60,600 nt of DNA, from the NCBI GenBank assembly GCA_049662565.1, contig JBATBW010000081.1:1-60600 (forward strand). The letters are read 5' to 3'. The stretch comes from Erysipelotrichaceae bacterium. GTDB lineage: Bacteria; Bacillota_I; Bacilli_A; Erysipelotrichales; Erysipelotrichaceae. Below the pieces are notes generated by a model. That model worked only from the letters and a program-made list of their open reading frames with translations, was not told the origin of the DNA and ran no database searches. How positions within the stretch are numbered: the first letter of the stretch is position 1; each line of letters opens with the position of its first letter. The translations under genes were made by a program, and so were the position numbers. Positions 9,704 through 19,365 of this stretch are shown piece by piece.

Positions 9704-11157
9704 TGCAATTTTTTCCTGATATGAGTACTTTCGTTCAATTTGGCAGTTTATCAATAAAATGGTATGCAGTATTTATCCTTACCGGAGCTTTTATTGCTTA
9801 TTATTTCAGTATGAAAAATTGGAAGAAAGCGGGTTATCTACCAAGTGATTTAGAAGATATATTTCTTTATGTCTTACCAGTCGGAATTATTGGGGCCCGC
9901 ATTTGGTATGTCTTATTTTCGGATTTAGGTAGTTATCTTGCTGATCCGATTTCAATATTATATATTTGGCAAGGTGGTCTTGCCATTCAAGGTGGGGTTG
10001 TCGCTGCCTTAGCTTTTGCCTATTTCTATTTAAAGAAGAAAAGATATTCTTTCTTAAGAGCGATTGATTGTGTGGTTCCAAATTTATTAATTGCCCAAGC
10101 AATTGGACGTTGGGGAAACTTTATGAATCAAGAAGCTTATGGTGTGGTAGTAGACGAAAGTTTCTTTAATTTTTTACCGAATTTTATTAAAGAAGGGATG
10201 TTTATTGATGGGGCATTTAGGATGCCAACTTTCTTAATGGAAAGTGTTTTAAATATAATTGGTTTCGTTTTAATTATTACTTTGTTTAGAAAGTTCGCTT
10301 ATCGTAAAAGAGGGGATATGACCTATGCTTATTTCGCTTGGTATGGAGTTGTTCGTTTCTTTGTCGAAGGATTTAGAACCGATAGTTTATATTTTATGGG
10401 TTTAAGAATGGCGCAACTTACTGCTTTTGCGGGTTTATTGATTGCGATATTAGGCTTAGTGGGAGTGATTAATAAGTTTATTAAGGTTGATAAACCGACC
10501 ATTATTTTTGATTTAGATGGAACTTTATTAGATACTAAACAGGCAATTATTTCTTCAATGAAAAAAGTTTATGAACAATTATTACCGGATTATCAATTGA
10601 CACAAGAAGATTTAGATTTTGTCATTGGTCCACCTTTAACCCAATCATTTGCCCGTCATTTCCCTAGTGAGATGATCGACCAATGTATAGAACTATATCG
10701 TGAAGATAATAAAAAAGCGCAACAAAAATATGTCAAACCAAACAAGAATGTTTTGCAAGCAATTAGGGAGTTAAAACATGAGGGTTATCATTTAGCTGTC
10801 GTTTCTAGTAAATATACTTATAGTGTAGAATATGGCTTAGAATTATGTCAAATTAAAGACTATTTTGAAGTAATTATTGGAGGAGATATGGTTGAAAGGG
10901 TAAAACCTGATCCTCAAGGCTTATTATTAGCATGTGAAAAGATGGGGGTTAGTAAAGATAATTGTATTTATATTGGGGATGTGGATAGTGATATAGAAGC
11001 GGGTAAAAAAGCCGGAATGTATACTATTGCTTATCCTTATATTGAAAGCAAGAAAGAAGCTTTATTAAACGCTAATCCTAATTTTGTATTAAATGATTTT
11101 AGCGAGTTAGTTAATAAAGTACAGGAGATAGATTTATGGAAAAATTATACGATCTAG
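9703..11157 (+). CDS. lgt: prolipoprotein diacylglyceryl transferase fused to a C-terminal HAD phosphatase (PpaX-like) domain
   Basis: The N-terminal ~260 aa are polytopic and carry the Lgt signature 'GRWGNFMNQEAYG'. From about residue 265 come HAD motif I 'IIFDLDGTLLDT', 'VVSSK' and 'GDVDSDIEAG'. Confidence 0.85.
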   Translation: MQFFPDMSTFVQFGSLSIKWYAVFILTGAFIAYYFSMKNWKKAGYLPSDLEDIFLYVLPVGIIGARIWYVLFSDLGSYLADPISILYIWQGGLAIQGGVVAALAFAYFYLKKKRYSFLRAIDCVVPNLLIAQAIGRWGNFMNQEAYGVVVDESFFNFLPNFIKEGMFIDGAFRMPTFLMESVLNIIGFVLIITLFRKFAYRKRGDMTYAYFAWYGVVRFFVEGFRTDSLYFMGLRMAQLTAFAGLLIAILGLVGVINKFIKVDKPTIIFDLDGTLLDTKQAIISSMKKVYEQLLPDYQLTQEDLDFVIGPPLTQSFARHFPSEMIDQCIELYREDNKKAQQKYVKPNKNVLQAIRELKHEGYHLAVVSSKYTYSVEYGLELCQIKDYFEVIIGGDMVERVKPDPQGLLLACEKMGVSKDNCIYIGDVDSDIEAGKKAGMYTIAYPYIESKKEALLNANPNFVLNDFSELVNKVQEIDLWKNYTI

Positions 11158-12062
11158 CAATCATTGGAAGTGGTCCTAGTGGTATTACTTGTAGTATTTA
11201 TGCATCAAGAGCTAATTTAAAAGTTGCTTTAATTGAAAAAGGTGCGCCAGGTGGTAAGTTAGTTAAAACATATCATATAGAGAATTATCCCGCTATTAAG
11301 GAGAGTAGTGGAGTCGACTTAGCTTTATCAATGTTTGATCACGCGACAGCTTTTGGTAGTGAATTTGTTTATGGTGATGTAAGTAAAGTTAATGATCTAG
11401 GGGATATTAAAGAAGTTATTTTCGCTAGTGGTGAAAAGGTACAGGCAAAATCAATTTATATTGCGACTGGTACTGATGAACGTTTAATGAATATTGAAAA
11501 TGAAAATAAAATGATTGGTCGTGGTGTTTCTTTTTGCGCAGTATGTGATGGATCATTTTATAAAGGGCAAGATGTTGTCGTTGTTGGTGGTGGTAATGCC
11601 GCTTTGGAAGAATCTATTTATTTGACACAATTTGTCAATAAAGTGACCATTGTTGTTCGTCGTGATGTCTTTAGGGCTGAACCTTTAGTGATTGAAGAAG
11701 CATATAATAATCCTAAAATTGAAATTATCACAAAATATACACCAAATAAGGTTATAGTAGAAGATAATAAAGTTGCCGGATTAGAGATAACTAGTGTGGA
11801 AACTGGAGAAAGTAAAGTAATTAATTGTCAAGGTATCTTCCCTTATATCGGGGCTATTCCCGCAACAGCTTTTGTTAAAGATTTAGATATCACTAATGAA
11901 CAAGGATATATCCTTGTCGATGAAAAAATGCAAACAAAGATTAAAGGTATTTATGCGGGAGGTGATGTTATTGTGAAACAATTACGTCAAGTGGTTACTG
12001 CGACAAGTGATGGTGCGATAGCTGCCCATAATATTACTAAATATTTAAAGTCAGGAGAATAA
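11136..12062 (+). CDS. trxB: thioredoxin-disulfide reductase
   Basis: 'IIGSGPSG', the redox motif 'CAVCDG' and 'VVGGGNAALEE' are present. Confidence 0.93.
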   Translation: MEKLYDLAIIGSGPSGITCSIYASRANLKVALIEKGAPGGKLVKTYHIENYPAIKESSGVDLALSMFDHATAFGSEFVYGDVSKVNDLGDIKEVIFASGEKVQAKSIYIATGTDERLMNIENENKMIGRGVSFCAVCDGSFYKGQDVVVVGGGNAALEESIYLTQFVNKVTIVVRRDVFRAEPLVIEEAYNNPKIEIITKYTPNKVIVEDNKVAGLEITSVETGESKVINCQGIFPYIGAIPATAFVKDLDITNEQGYILVDEKMQTKIKGIYAGGDVIVKQLRQVVTATSDGAIAAHNITKYLKSGE

Positions 12063-12063
12063 T

Positions 12064-12912
12064 ATGGATAGAAAAAGACAACTTGTATTAATTTCGGGAA
12101 GATCAGGAGCTGGGAAAAGTAGTGCAATGCACACTTTTGAAGACTTAGGTTATACTTGCTTAGATAATTTCCCTTTGGAACTAGTTGATGACTTAGGTAG
12201 GTTATTGATGGGCGAAGATAATAAGTATCAAAATGTGGCATTAGCTTGTAGTGCTAGTGATTTTTATCTTGTCAACCAACATATGTCAAAAATTCCGGTT
12301 AATATTCGTCGTCTAATTTTGGATGCGCAAGATGAAAAATTAATTACACGTTATCAATTTACGCGGCGGGAACATCCTTTATTAATCAATAATGTTGTGA
12401 GTTCTTTAATTGATGCGATTGAATATGAAAAAGAATTATTAACTAAAATGACGGGCAATAGTATAATGATTGATACGACATTTATTAGTGAAAAGGAACT
12501 TAAAAAAAAGATTCAAGAAATTTTCTATATTGATAATCGTAAAGGTTTTAGTATCAACTTCACGTCATTTGGTTACAAAAAAGGATTGCCCCTTGATGCA
12601 GATTTAGTCATTGATGTGCGTTTTTTAATTAATCCTTATTGGAATAAAGAGTTAAGACATATTAGTGGTTTAGAAGATTCGGTATATGATTATGTCATTA
12701 GTAATGAGGATACAATCAAATATTTAGAAACATTAACTCAATATTTAGATTTCACATTTGAAGCTTTTAATACCGAAAATAAAAAATATATGATGGTAGC
12801 CATCGGCTGTACGGGTGGCATGCATCGTAGTGTTAGTGTTGCCCGTTATTTGGCAGATAAATACAGCGAGAAATATCATACATTTATTTCCCATCGTGAA
12901 TTAGGTGACTAA
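12064..12912 (+). CDS. rapZ: RNase adapter / nucleotide-binding protein RapZ (YvcJ)
   Basis: P-loop 'GRSGAGKSS' and 'IGCTGGMHRSV' are present, and the rapZ-yvcK-whiA order is conserved. Confidence 0.92.
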   Translation: MDRKRQLVLISGRSGAGKSSAMHTFEDLGYTCLDNFPLELVDDLGRLLMGEDNKYQNVALACSASDFYLVNQHMSKIPVNIRRLILDAQDEKLITRYQFTRREHPLLINNVVSSLIDAIEYEKELLTKMTGNSIMIDTTFISEKELKKKIQEIFYIDNRKGFSINFTSFGYKKGLPLDADLVIDVRFLINPYWNKELRHISGLEDSVYDYVISNEDTIKYLETLTQYLDFTFEAFNTENKKYMMVAIGCTGGMHRSVSVARYLADKYSEKYHTFISHRELGD

Positions 12913-12914
12913 TT

Positions 12915-13847
12915 ATGAAAAAAGTGGTGGTTATTGGTGGCGGTAGTGGCCAATCAATTATGTTAAGGGCAATAAAGAGAATGGGCGATATCGATCTTAA
13001 AACGATTGTGACAGTTGCCGATGATGGCGGCAGCACAGGGCGTTTAAGAGAAATATTTAATATCCCAGCTGTAGGGGATATTCGTTCAGTAATGTGCGCT
13101 CTGTCAAATGATGAAGAGGTTATTGAATATTTGATGAACTTTCGTTTTGATCGCGATAGCGAAGAGTTTTCTAATCATAATCTAGGCAATTTGATAATGT
13201 GTGCTTTAATTAAAAGAAATCATAATCTTTATGATTCGATTTATGAAATGGGTCGGTTGTTAAATATCAAAGGTGAGGTTATTCCTTCGACTTTAGAAAC
13301 GATTACTTTACATGCTTATATGGATGATGGTGTTCATGTTCGGGGAGAACATAATATTACCGGTGCGAAAAGTAAAGTGAGTCGGGTTTTTCACGAAGAT
13401 GATGTGGAAGCTAATCCTTTAGCGATAAATGCGATTATCGATGCGGATTATATTATTTATTCGATTGGTTCACTATATACTAGTATAATGCCATCGTTAA
13501 TTATTCCGAAAATAAAAAATGCTCTGCAAAAAAGCAAAGCTAAAAAAATATACTTTTGTAATGCGATGAGTGAAGAAGGAGAAACGTTAAATTATTCTTT
13601 GGAAGATCATGTGCAAGCTATTGAGGATCATACCGGTTTATTGGTGGATATAGCTGTTTGTCATAATGATATCATTCCCCAGGAAATATTAGCGAAGTAT
13701 CAACTAGAAAATGCGCATGAAATTAAGTCGGTCGAAAATAATCATCATTATGATATAATTAGAAGTGAATTATTGACTTTTGATAAAAATCGTATTCGCC
13801 ATGACGGTAATAAAATTATCAAAGTACTAGAAAGGTTGTTGAAGTAA
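12915..13847 (+). CDS. yvcK: YvcK/GlmR-family (UPF0052, CofD-like) protein
   Basis: 'VVIGGGSGQS' and 'VADDGGSTGRLR' are present, and it lies between rapZ and whiA. Confidence 0.9.
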   Translation: MKKVVVIGGGSGQSIMLRAIKRMGDIDLKTIVTVADDGGSTGRLREIFNIPAVGDIRSVMCALSNDEEVIEYLMNFRFDRDSEEFSNHNLGNLIMCALIKRNHNLYDSIYEMGRLLNIKGEVIPSTLETITLHAYMDDGVHVRGEHNITGAKSKVSRVFHEDDVEANPLAINAIIDADYIIYSIGSLYTSIMPSLIIPKIKNALQKSKAKKIYFCNAMSEEGETLNYSLEDHVQAIEDHTGLLVDIAVCHNDIIPQEILAKYQLENAHEIKSVENNHHYDIIRSELLTFDKNRIRHDGNKIIKVLERLLK

Positions 13848-14776
13848 TGTCATTTACTTTAGAAGTAAAAAGTGAAATTAGTAGTAATGAACTACATGCT
13901 TGTTGCGCTAAAGCGCAGCTTGCAGCTTTAATGCAATTTAATGGATCGTTAGATTTAATTAGTGGACATTGGATTTTAGTTTTTAAGACTACTAATCCAA
14001 CAACAGCGAAAAGAATTTTAGTTTTGGCGAAAAAATTTTATGATATAAAAACGCAAATTAGTTATATTCAAGAGTTTCGTTTAAAGAAGAATAAAACTTA
14101 TGTCGTTAAAATATTAAATCATGCTTTAGACATTTTAAAAGATATTGACTTATATAGCGATAAAGGGATGAAGAGTTATCCTAATTTGCATAATAAAGAT
14201 TGTTGTAAAAGAGCCTATTTGGCAGGATGTTTTCTAGCTGCTGGTAGTGTTAATTCACCAAAGACATCTAACTATCATTTAGAGATTGCTTGTAGTGATA
14301 TATTAATGGCTAATTTTGTTTTAAAATTAATGAATAGTTATTATTTGGATGGTAAGATTATTAAAAGAAGAAATCAAGAAGTAGTATATCTTAAGTCTAG
14401 TGAAAAGATTGGTGACTTCTTACGTTGTGTTGGGGCCCATAATTCATTGATGGCTTACGAGGATATTCGTATTCAAAGAGACTTTATGAATAATTTGTCA
14501 CGTTTAGATAATTGTGAGATTGCCAATGAAGTAAAGACAATCAATGCGGCCAATTCGCAAATTGCCGACATTGAGTTGTTATTAAAATATCGGGAATTAA
14601 AGACAATTGATAAAAAGTTGGCAGAGATTATCAATATACGTTTAGATAATCGTAATGCCTCATTAAAAGAGTTATGCGATATTTATGAAGCGATATATCG
14701 TGTATCAATTAGTAAATCAGGAATGGCGCATCGCTTAGCGAAAATAAAAGAGTTAGCGAGTGCATATGTCAAATAG
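13847..14776 (+). CDS. whiA: DNA-binding sporulation/cell-division regulator WhiA
   Basis: It has a LAGLIDADG-like middle region 'AYLAGCFLAAGSVNSP' and a C-terminal HTH 'ISKSGMAHRLAKI'. Synteny supports the call. Confidence 0.9.
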   Translation: MSFTLEVKSEISSNELHACCAKAQLAALMQFNGSLDLISGHWILVFKTTNPTTAKRILVLAKKFYDIKTQISYIQEFRLKKNKTYVVKILNHALDILKDIDLYSDKGMKSYPNLHNKDCCKRAYLAGCFLAAGSVNSPKTSNYHLEIACSDILMANFVLKLMNSYYLDGKIIKRRNQEVVYLKSSEKIGDFLRCVGAHNSLMAYEDIRIQRDFMNNLSRLDNCEIANEVKTINAANSQIADIELLLKYRELKTIDKKLAEIINIRLDNRNASLKELCDIYEAIYRVSISKSGMAHRLAKIKELASAYVK

Positions 14777-14785
14777 GAGGTATTT

Positions 14786-15022
14786 ATGTATTGGATTTTA
14801 TTAGTAGCTTTATTATTATTTATCTTTTATATTGCATGGCCAGTCTTTTTGGCTTTGCTAGTCTTTATTCTTGTTGTTGGTTTATTTAATTTTTTTAAGA
14901 TAAAGAAAACGGTTAAACAAATGAATGAGGATATTAATGCGACAATTTATGATGATAATATTGAAGAAGTAAAAAATAGCGATGTTATTGATGCAGAATA
15001 TACAGAAAAAGAGATAAAATAA
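14786..15022 (+). CDS. small membrane protein (two predicted TM helices)
   Basis: An AGGAGG RBS precedes it. The N-terminus is hydrophobic ('ILLVALLLFIFYIAWPVFLALLVFILVVGLF') and the tail is acidic. Confidence 0.6.
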   Translation: MYWILLVALLLFIFYIAWPVFLALLVFILVVGLFNFFKIKKTVKQMNEDINATIYDDNIEEVKNSDVIDAEYTEKEIK

Positions 15023-15906
15023 TGAAATTATTAGAATTAAAAGATTATGATTTATATCAACAGTATTATCGTAGATGCAATTATTCACTTAGTAATTATA
15101 ATTTTTATAATATGTTGATGTTTGCTAGCTGGGTGGAAGTGTCTTATGTAATAGATAATGATATCATGTATTTATTTGGTAAATATCAAAATGAATACTA
15201 TGCCTATATGCCACTATGTGGCAATGATCGCTTTGTCGAAGGGTTATTATTTATTAAGGAATATCTTAACAATTTGAATTGTAAAGTAAAATTTGCTTGT
15301 TTTGATGAAGAACATTACCATCAAGTTTTAAAAATATTTAAGACATGTAATGCGAATAGCACCTATGATAGTAGTGATTATGTTTATGATTTTGTATCAC
15401 TCCAAACTTTTAGTGGGAAGAAAATGCAAAAGAAAAGAAATTTAATTAATAACTTTTTGAAGAATTATGAGTATCAATGGGAAAAGATTGATGATATTGA
15501 AAAGGTTAAGGAGTTTAATGATTGGTGGTTTGATAATCATCACCAAATGTATTTAGATCATGATCTAAAGGCTACTAATTATATTTTAGATAATTATGAT
15601 AAGTGTTTCGGAGTTAGTGGGATAGTAATTAAGGTTGATGAAAAGGTAATTGGTTATATTATTGGTTCAATGCTTAATGAAAATACTATCCAAATTCATA
15701 TTCAAAAAGCTAACGATGAATATATTGGTATTTATCAATTATTGTTTAAGACATATTTTAGTATGTATAGTAATATTAAATTAGTTAATTTAGAAGATGA
15801 TCTAGGTTTAGAAAATTTAAGACATAGTAAGGAGAGTTATCATCCGGTTATGTTAATAAATAAGTATCAAATATGTACGAATAAAGGGGAGATGAATCTT
15901 GTTTGA
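15022..15906 (+). CDS. DUF2156 / LPG-synthase-C-like (GNAT-fold) protein
   Basis: The N-terminus 'LKDYDLYQQYYRRCNYSLSNYNFYNMLMF' and the overall length resemble stand-alone MprF C-terminal-domain homologues. This is recognised by eye only. Confidence 0.55.
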   Translation: MKLLELKDYDLYQQYYRRCNYSLSNYNFYNMLMFASWVEVSYVIDNDIMYLFGKYQNEYYAYMPLCGNDRFVEGLLFIKEYLNNLNCKVKFACFDEEHYHQVLKIFKTCNANSTYDSSDYVYDFVSLQTFSGKKMQKKRNLINNFLKNYEYQWEKIDDIEKVKEFNDWWFDNHHQMYLDHDLKATNYILDNYDKCFGVSGIVIKVDEKVIGYIIGSMLNENTIQIHIQKANDEYIGIYQLLFKTYFSMYSNIKLVNLEDDLGLENLRHSKESYHPVMLINKYQICTNKGEMNLV

Positions 15907-16795
15907 TCTAGCAAAACAAAGTGAAAAAGAAATAATTTATCGCTTGTGGAAAGAATATTTTTCTTTTGATGATTTTGGATATACGGATTATTTTTTCAAA
16001 TATCAATATGATTTAGGAAAAACTTATGTTATTAGAGAAAATAATGAAATTGTTTCTTGTTTACATGTCGCTAAACATCCAATTATGTTGAATGACATTT
16101 TAGTTTCTAGTTCCTATATCGTTGGGGTTATTACAGTTAAGGAATATCAAAATAAGGGGTACATGCATCAATTATTTAATCATGTTTTAGATATTTTAAG
16201 TCGTCAAGATTTGATTACATATATTCAAGGTTATGAACCTGATATATATAAGATGTTTGACTTTAATCCTACTTATTATAAAAATAAGTATGTGATTAAA
16301 AGAGAAAATATGAAGATGGGTCCTACTAGTGGAGTTGTAATTAATCATCATAGTAAAGATATGTTACGGGTTCATGAAAAGTTTATGCAGAAGTTTGACG
16401 GTTATTTAGTACGTAATGAACAATATTATAATGCTTTACAAAAAAGAATAACGAGTCAAAATGGTTATTCTTTGATGTGTTATGATGTCAATAATCAGCC
16501 TTTGGGCTATGCTTTAGTTACCAAAGAAAACAAGAGAATGATTATTGATGAAATATGTTATTTAGATATTGCAACATTAAGTAAGTTGTTGTCAATGGCT
16601 TTAATGACGAGTGAAGAAGTAATTCTATATAGTAGTGCAAGTGAAGCTTTATTTAAAGTTTTCCCTAATTTGCAGGCGGAAAAAGAAATGTTTGCGATGG
16701 TGCGCATTAATGATTTGCGTTTGTATCAGAAGTTATACAATAATCATCAAATTAAAATGGGTAGAAAACCTTTGTGGTTTAATGAATATGCTTAA
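15899..16795 (+). CDS. GNAT-family N-acetyltransferase (Eis-like, with C-terminal extension)
   Basis: The acetyl-CoA pocket motif 'VKEYQNKGYMHQLFNHVL' is present. The start is a TTG after a GGGGAG RBS, and the gene overlaps the upstream one by 8 nt. Confidence 0.6.
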   Translation: MFDLAKQSEKEIIYRLWKEYFSFDDFGYTDYFFKYQYDLGKTYVIRENNEIVSCLHVAKHPIMLNDILVSSSYIVGVITVKEYQNKGYMHQLFNHVLDILSRQDLITYIQGYEPDIYKMFDFNPTYYKNKYVIKRENMKMGPTSGVVINHHSKDMLRVHEKFMQKFDGYLVRNEQYYNALQKRITSQNGYSLMCYDVNNQPLGYALVTKENKRMIIDEICYLDIATLSKLLSMALMTSEEVILYSSASEALFKVFPNLQAEKEMFAMVRINDLRLYQKLYNNHQIKMGRKPLWFNEYA

Positions 16796-17438
16796 GTATC
16801 TTATTTGGGATTTCAATGGGACGATTTTAGATGATGTTGATCTATGTTTAAGTATCTTAAATAATCAATTAACAAAATATCATTTGCCTAATGTGAGTAA
16901 AGATCATTACTTAGATATTTTCACTTTTCCAATTGTTGATTATTATTTAGCGGTGGGCTTGAATGATGATATTAAGCCTTTTGAGCAGTTGGCCAATGAA
17001 TTCATTGAGCAATACGATCAACGTCACAAAAAAGAAACGGTTGTTTATCCCCAAGTTTTAGAATTATTGAAGAAGTACCAAAAACTAGGGTTTAAACAAA
17101 TAGTGTTATCAGCTAGTAAACAAGATATTTTAGTGGATCAACTTCGTTATTTTAATGTTGATCAATACTTTGATGAAATATTGGGTATTAATGATATTTA
17201 TGCCCATTCTAAGTTGGAATTAGGGCTTAATTGGATAAAAGAACAAAACATTAACTTAGATGAAGCTTTAATGATTGGGGATAGTATTCATGATTTAGAG
17301 GTCGGTTTAAGTATGGGTGTTAATGTAGTTTTAGTTGGGCAAGGTCATACATCGATGTCGCGTTTATTGGCGGTTAGTGCCAATAGTTTTAATGATTTTT
17401 GTGATGTTGATGAATATGTTATGAATAATTTTGATTAA
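16782..17438 (+). CDS. HAD-superfamily hydrolase (phosphoglycolate phosphatase-like)
   Basis: 'LIWDFNGTILDD' is HAD motif I, followed by 'VLSAS' and 'GDSIHDLEVG'. The track's N-terminal extension from 16635 overlaps the upstream gene; I chose the ATG at 16782 (16788 is also possible). Confidence 0.8.
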   Translation: MNMLKYLIWDFNGTILDDVDLCLSILNNQLTKYHLPNVSKDHYLDIFTFPIVDYYLAVGLNDDIKPFEQLANEFIEQYDQRHKKETVVYPQVLELLKKYQKLGFKQIVLSASKQDILVDQLRYFNVDQYFDEILGINDIYAHSKLELGLNWIKEQNINLDEALMIGDSIHDLEVGLSMGVNVVLVGQGHTSMSRLLAVSANSFNDFCDVDEYVMNNFD

Positions 17439-17532
17439 TAATCAGTAGTTATTGAAAATGTTTACATTTTAAAGAAAAACCTTTCATTTCTCTTTCTAAT
17501 GTGTTAGAATACTAGAAGTGGAGGAATTACTG

Positions 17533-17922
17533 ATGGTTGAGATTCAAAATAATGCCTACTTCTGGCAAAAACTTACGACATTATTGATGTCTAGTGATTT
17601 GGTCATTACTAATAAACAAGGGTCAACCCATAGCCAATATCCAAATTTGATTTATCCAACGGATTATGGATATATTTGTGATACGAATGTTGATAGTGGT
17701 CCGGTTGTTAAAGCGTTTAAGGGAACTAATAGTTCTTATAGTGTAAAAGATGTGATTGTATCGGTTGATATCTTAAAAAGAGATATTGATGTAAAATTAT
17801 TATTAGGTTGTACAGATGAAGAAATTGAGAATGTTTTATTGTTTTTAAATCAAACTGATTTTCAAAAAACGATTTTAGTTTCTAAAGGTGATGAAATTCC
17901 TAATTGGGCGGAAAGCAATTAA
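17533..17922 (+). CDS. small conserved hypothetical protein (weak pyrophosphatase-like 'YPxDYGYI' motif)
   Basis: A GGAGG RBS lies 8 nt upstream of the ATG at 17533. The function is not established. Confidence 0.45.
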   Translation: MVEIQNNAYFWQKLTTLLMSSDLVITNKQGSTHSQYPNLIYPTDYGYICDTNVDSGPVVKAFKGTNSSYSVKDVIVSVDILKRDIDVKLLLGCTDEEIENVLLFLNQTDFQKTILVSKGDEIPNWAESN

Positions 17923-17939
17923 TAGTTTTCCGTTTTTTT
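17909..17939 (+). terminator. possible intrinsic terminator
   Basis: The stem cggaaa/tttccg has a 12-nt loop and is followed by T7. It overlaps the stop codon. Confidence 0.45.
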
Positions 17940-17940
17940 A

Positions 17941-17949
17941 TGTTATAAT
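17941..17949 (+). promoter_or_regulatory. extended -10 element (TGtTATAAT) for the MBOAT operon
   Basis: The sequence tgttataat lies 22 nt upstream of the ATG at 17971. No clear -35 was found. Confidence 0.45.
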
Positions 17950-17970
17950 CATTTTGAAGGAGATTTACAC

Positions 17971-19356
17971 ATGATATTTTCAAGTTCACTTTTTCTGTTT
18001 TTATATTTACCGATAGTATTACTTATTTATTATGTTATTAATATAAAGTATCGAAACATCTTTTTGTTTTTTGCCAATTTGATATTCTATGGCTGGGGAG
18101 AACCAATATACATTTTAATTATGGCTTTTTCAACGATAGTTGATTATGTTAATGGTTATTATGTGGGGAAGTATCGCGATACGAATATTAAAAAAGCACG
18201 GGTGTTTTTAATATTATCGATCGTGATCAATTTGAGTTTATTAGGATTCTTTAAATATTATGATTTCTTAGTAACTTCATTTAGTTTTTTAGGTTTAAAA
18301 CCTTTAGGTTTAGGATTGCCGATTGGAATTTCTTTTTATACTTTTCAAACGATGTCATATTCGATTGATATCTATCGTAATCAAGCGAAGGTTCAAAAGA
18401 ATATCTTTACTTTTGGCACTTATGTCGCCTTGTTTCCACAATTAATTGCGGGGCCGATTGTTCGTTATAAAGATTTAAGTGACCAATTAGATGATAGACC
18501 TTATACTGTGGATAAGTTTAGTGAAGGGGTAAATCGCTTTATGATTGGTTTAGCAAAGAAAATATTGCTTGCTAATGGTATTGGTCAATTATGGGATAGT
18601 GTCATTGCTTTACCGGCTAGTCAGGTTAGTGTCTTAGCTAGTTGGTTGGGGATTATTGGTTTTGCTTTTCAAATATATTTTGATTTTAGTGGTTACAGTG
18701 ATATGGCTATTGGTTTGGGTAAAATGTTGGGGTTTGAATTTTTAGAAAACTTTAATTATCCTTATATATCTAAATCAATTACTGAGTTTTGGCGTCGTTG
18801 GCATATTTCTTTAGGCACCTGGTTTAGAGAGTATGTGTATATTCCGTTAGGCGGCAATCGTAAGAGTTTATTTAGAAATATTATTAATTTATTTATTGTT
18901 TGGTTTTTAACGGGATTGTGGCATGGAGCGGATTATAATTTTATTTTATGGGGATTATATTTTTGGTTCATTTTGTTGGTAGAAAAATATGTTATTGGTA
19001 AGTATTTAAAGAAGATGCCTAATTTTATCCAACATTTCTATGCTCTTTTCTTGATATTGATTGGTTGGGTTATTTTTCAAATTACGGATTTAAATATGAT
19101 GAAAGAGTATTTAAAAACATTATTTGGTATTAATACCGCTTTGTTTAATGGTGTTTCTTTAGAATTACTTCGTAATTATTTCATTTTATTAGTGGTTTGT
19201 GGTTGTAGTAGTGTTAATTATTTCAGTGATCAATTGAAGATTATGATGATGAAGCATCAATGGTTGAAAGTGGTCGCTTTAGTTGTTGGTTTGGTTGTGA
19301 TTACTAGTTATTTAGTGGATGCAACTTACAATCCATTCTTATACTTTAGGTTTTAG
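17971..19356 (+). CDS. MBOAT-family O-acyltransferase (AlgI/DltB/PatA-like)
   Basis: The protein is polytopic. MBOAT motifs 'FDFSGYSDMAIGLGKMLGF', 'FWRRWHISL' and 'LWHG' are present, including the conserved His. Confidence 0.9.
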   Translation: MIFSSSLFLFLYLPIVLLIYYVINIKYRNIFLFFANLIFYGWGEPIYILIMAFSTIVDYVNGYYVGKYRDTNIKKARVFLILSIVINLSLLGFFKYYDFLVTSFSFLGLKPLGLGLPIGISFYTFQTMSYSIDIYRNQAKVQKNIFTFGTYVALFPQLIAGPIVRYKDLSDQLDDRPYTVDKFSEGVNRFMIGLAKKILLANGIGQLWDSVIALPASQVSVLASWLGIIGFAFQIYFDFSGYSDMAIGLGKMLGFEFLENFNYPYISKSITEFWRRWHISLGTWFREYVYIPLGGNRKSLFRNIINLFIVWFLTGLWHGADYNFILWGLYFWFILLVEKYVIGKYLKKMPNFIQHFYALFLILIGWVIFQITDLNMMKEYLKTLFGINTALFNGVSLELLRNYFILLVVCGCSSVNYFSDQLKIMMMKHQWLKVVALVVGLVVITSYLVDATYNPFLYFRF

Positions 19357-19365
19357 GGAGGTATT

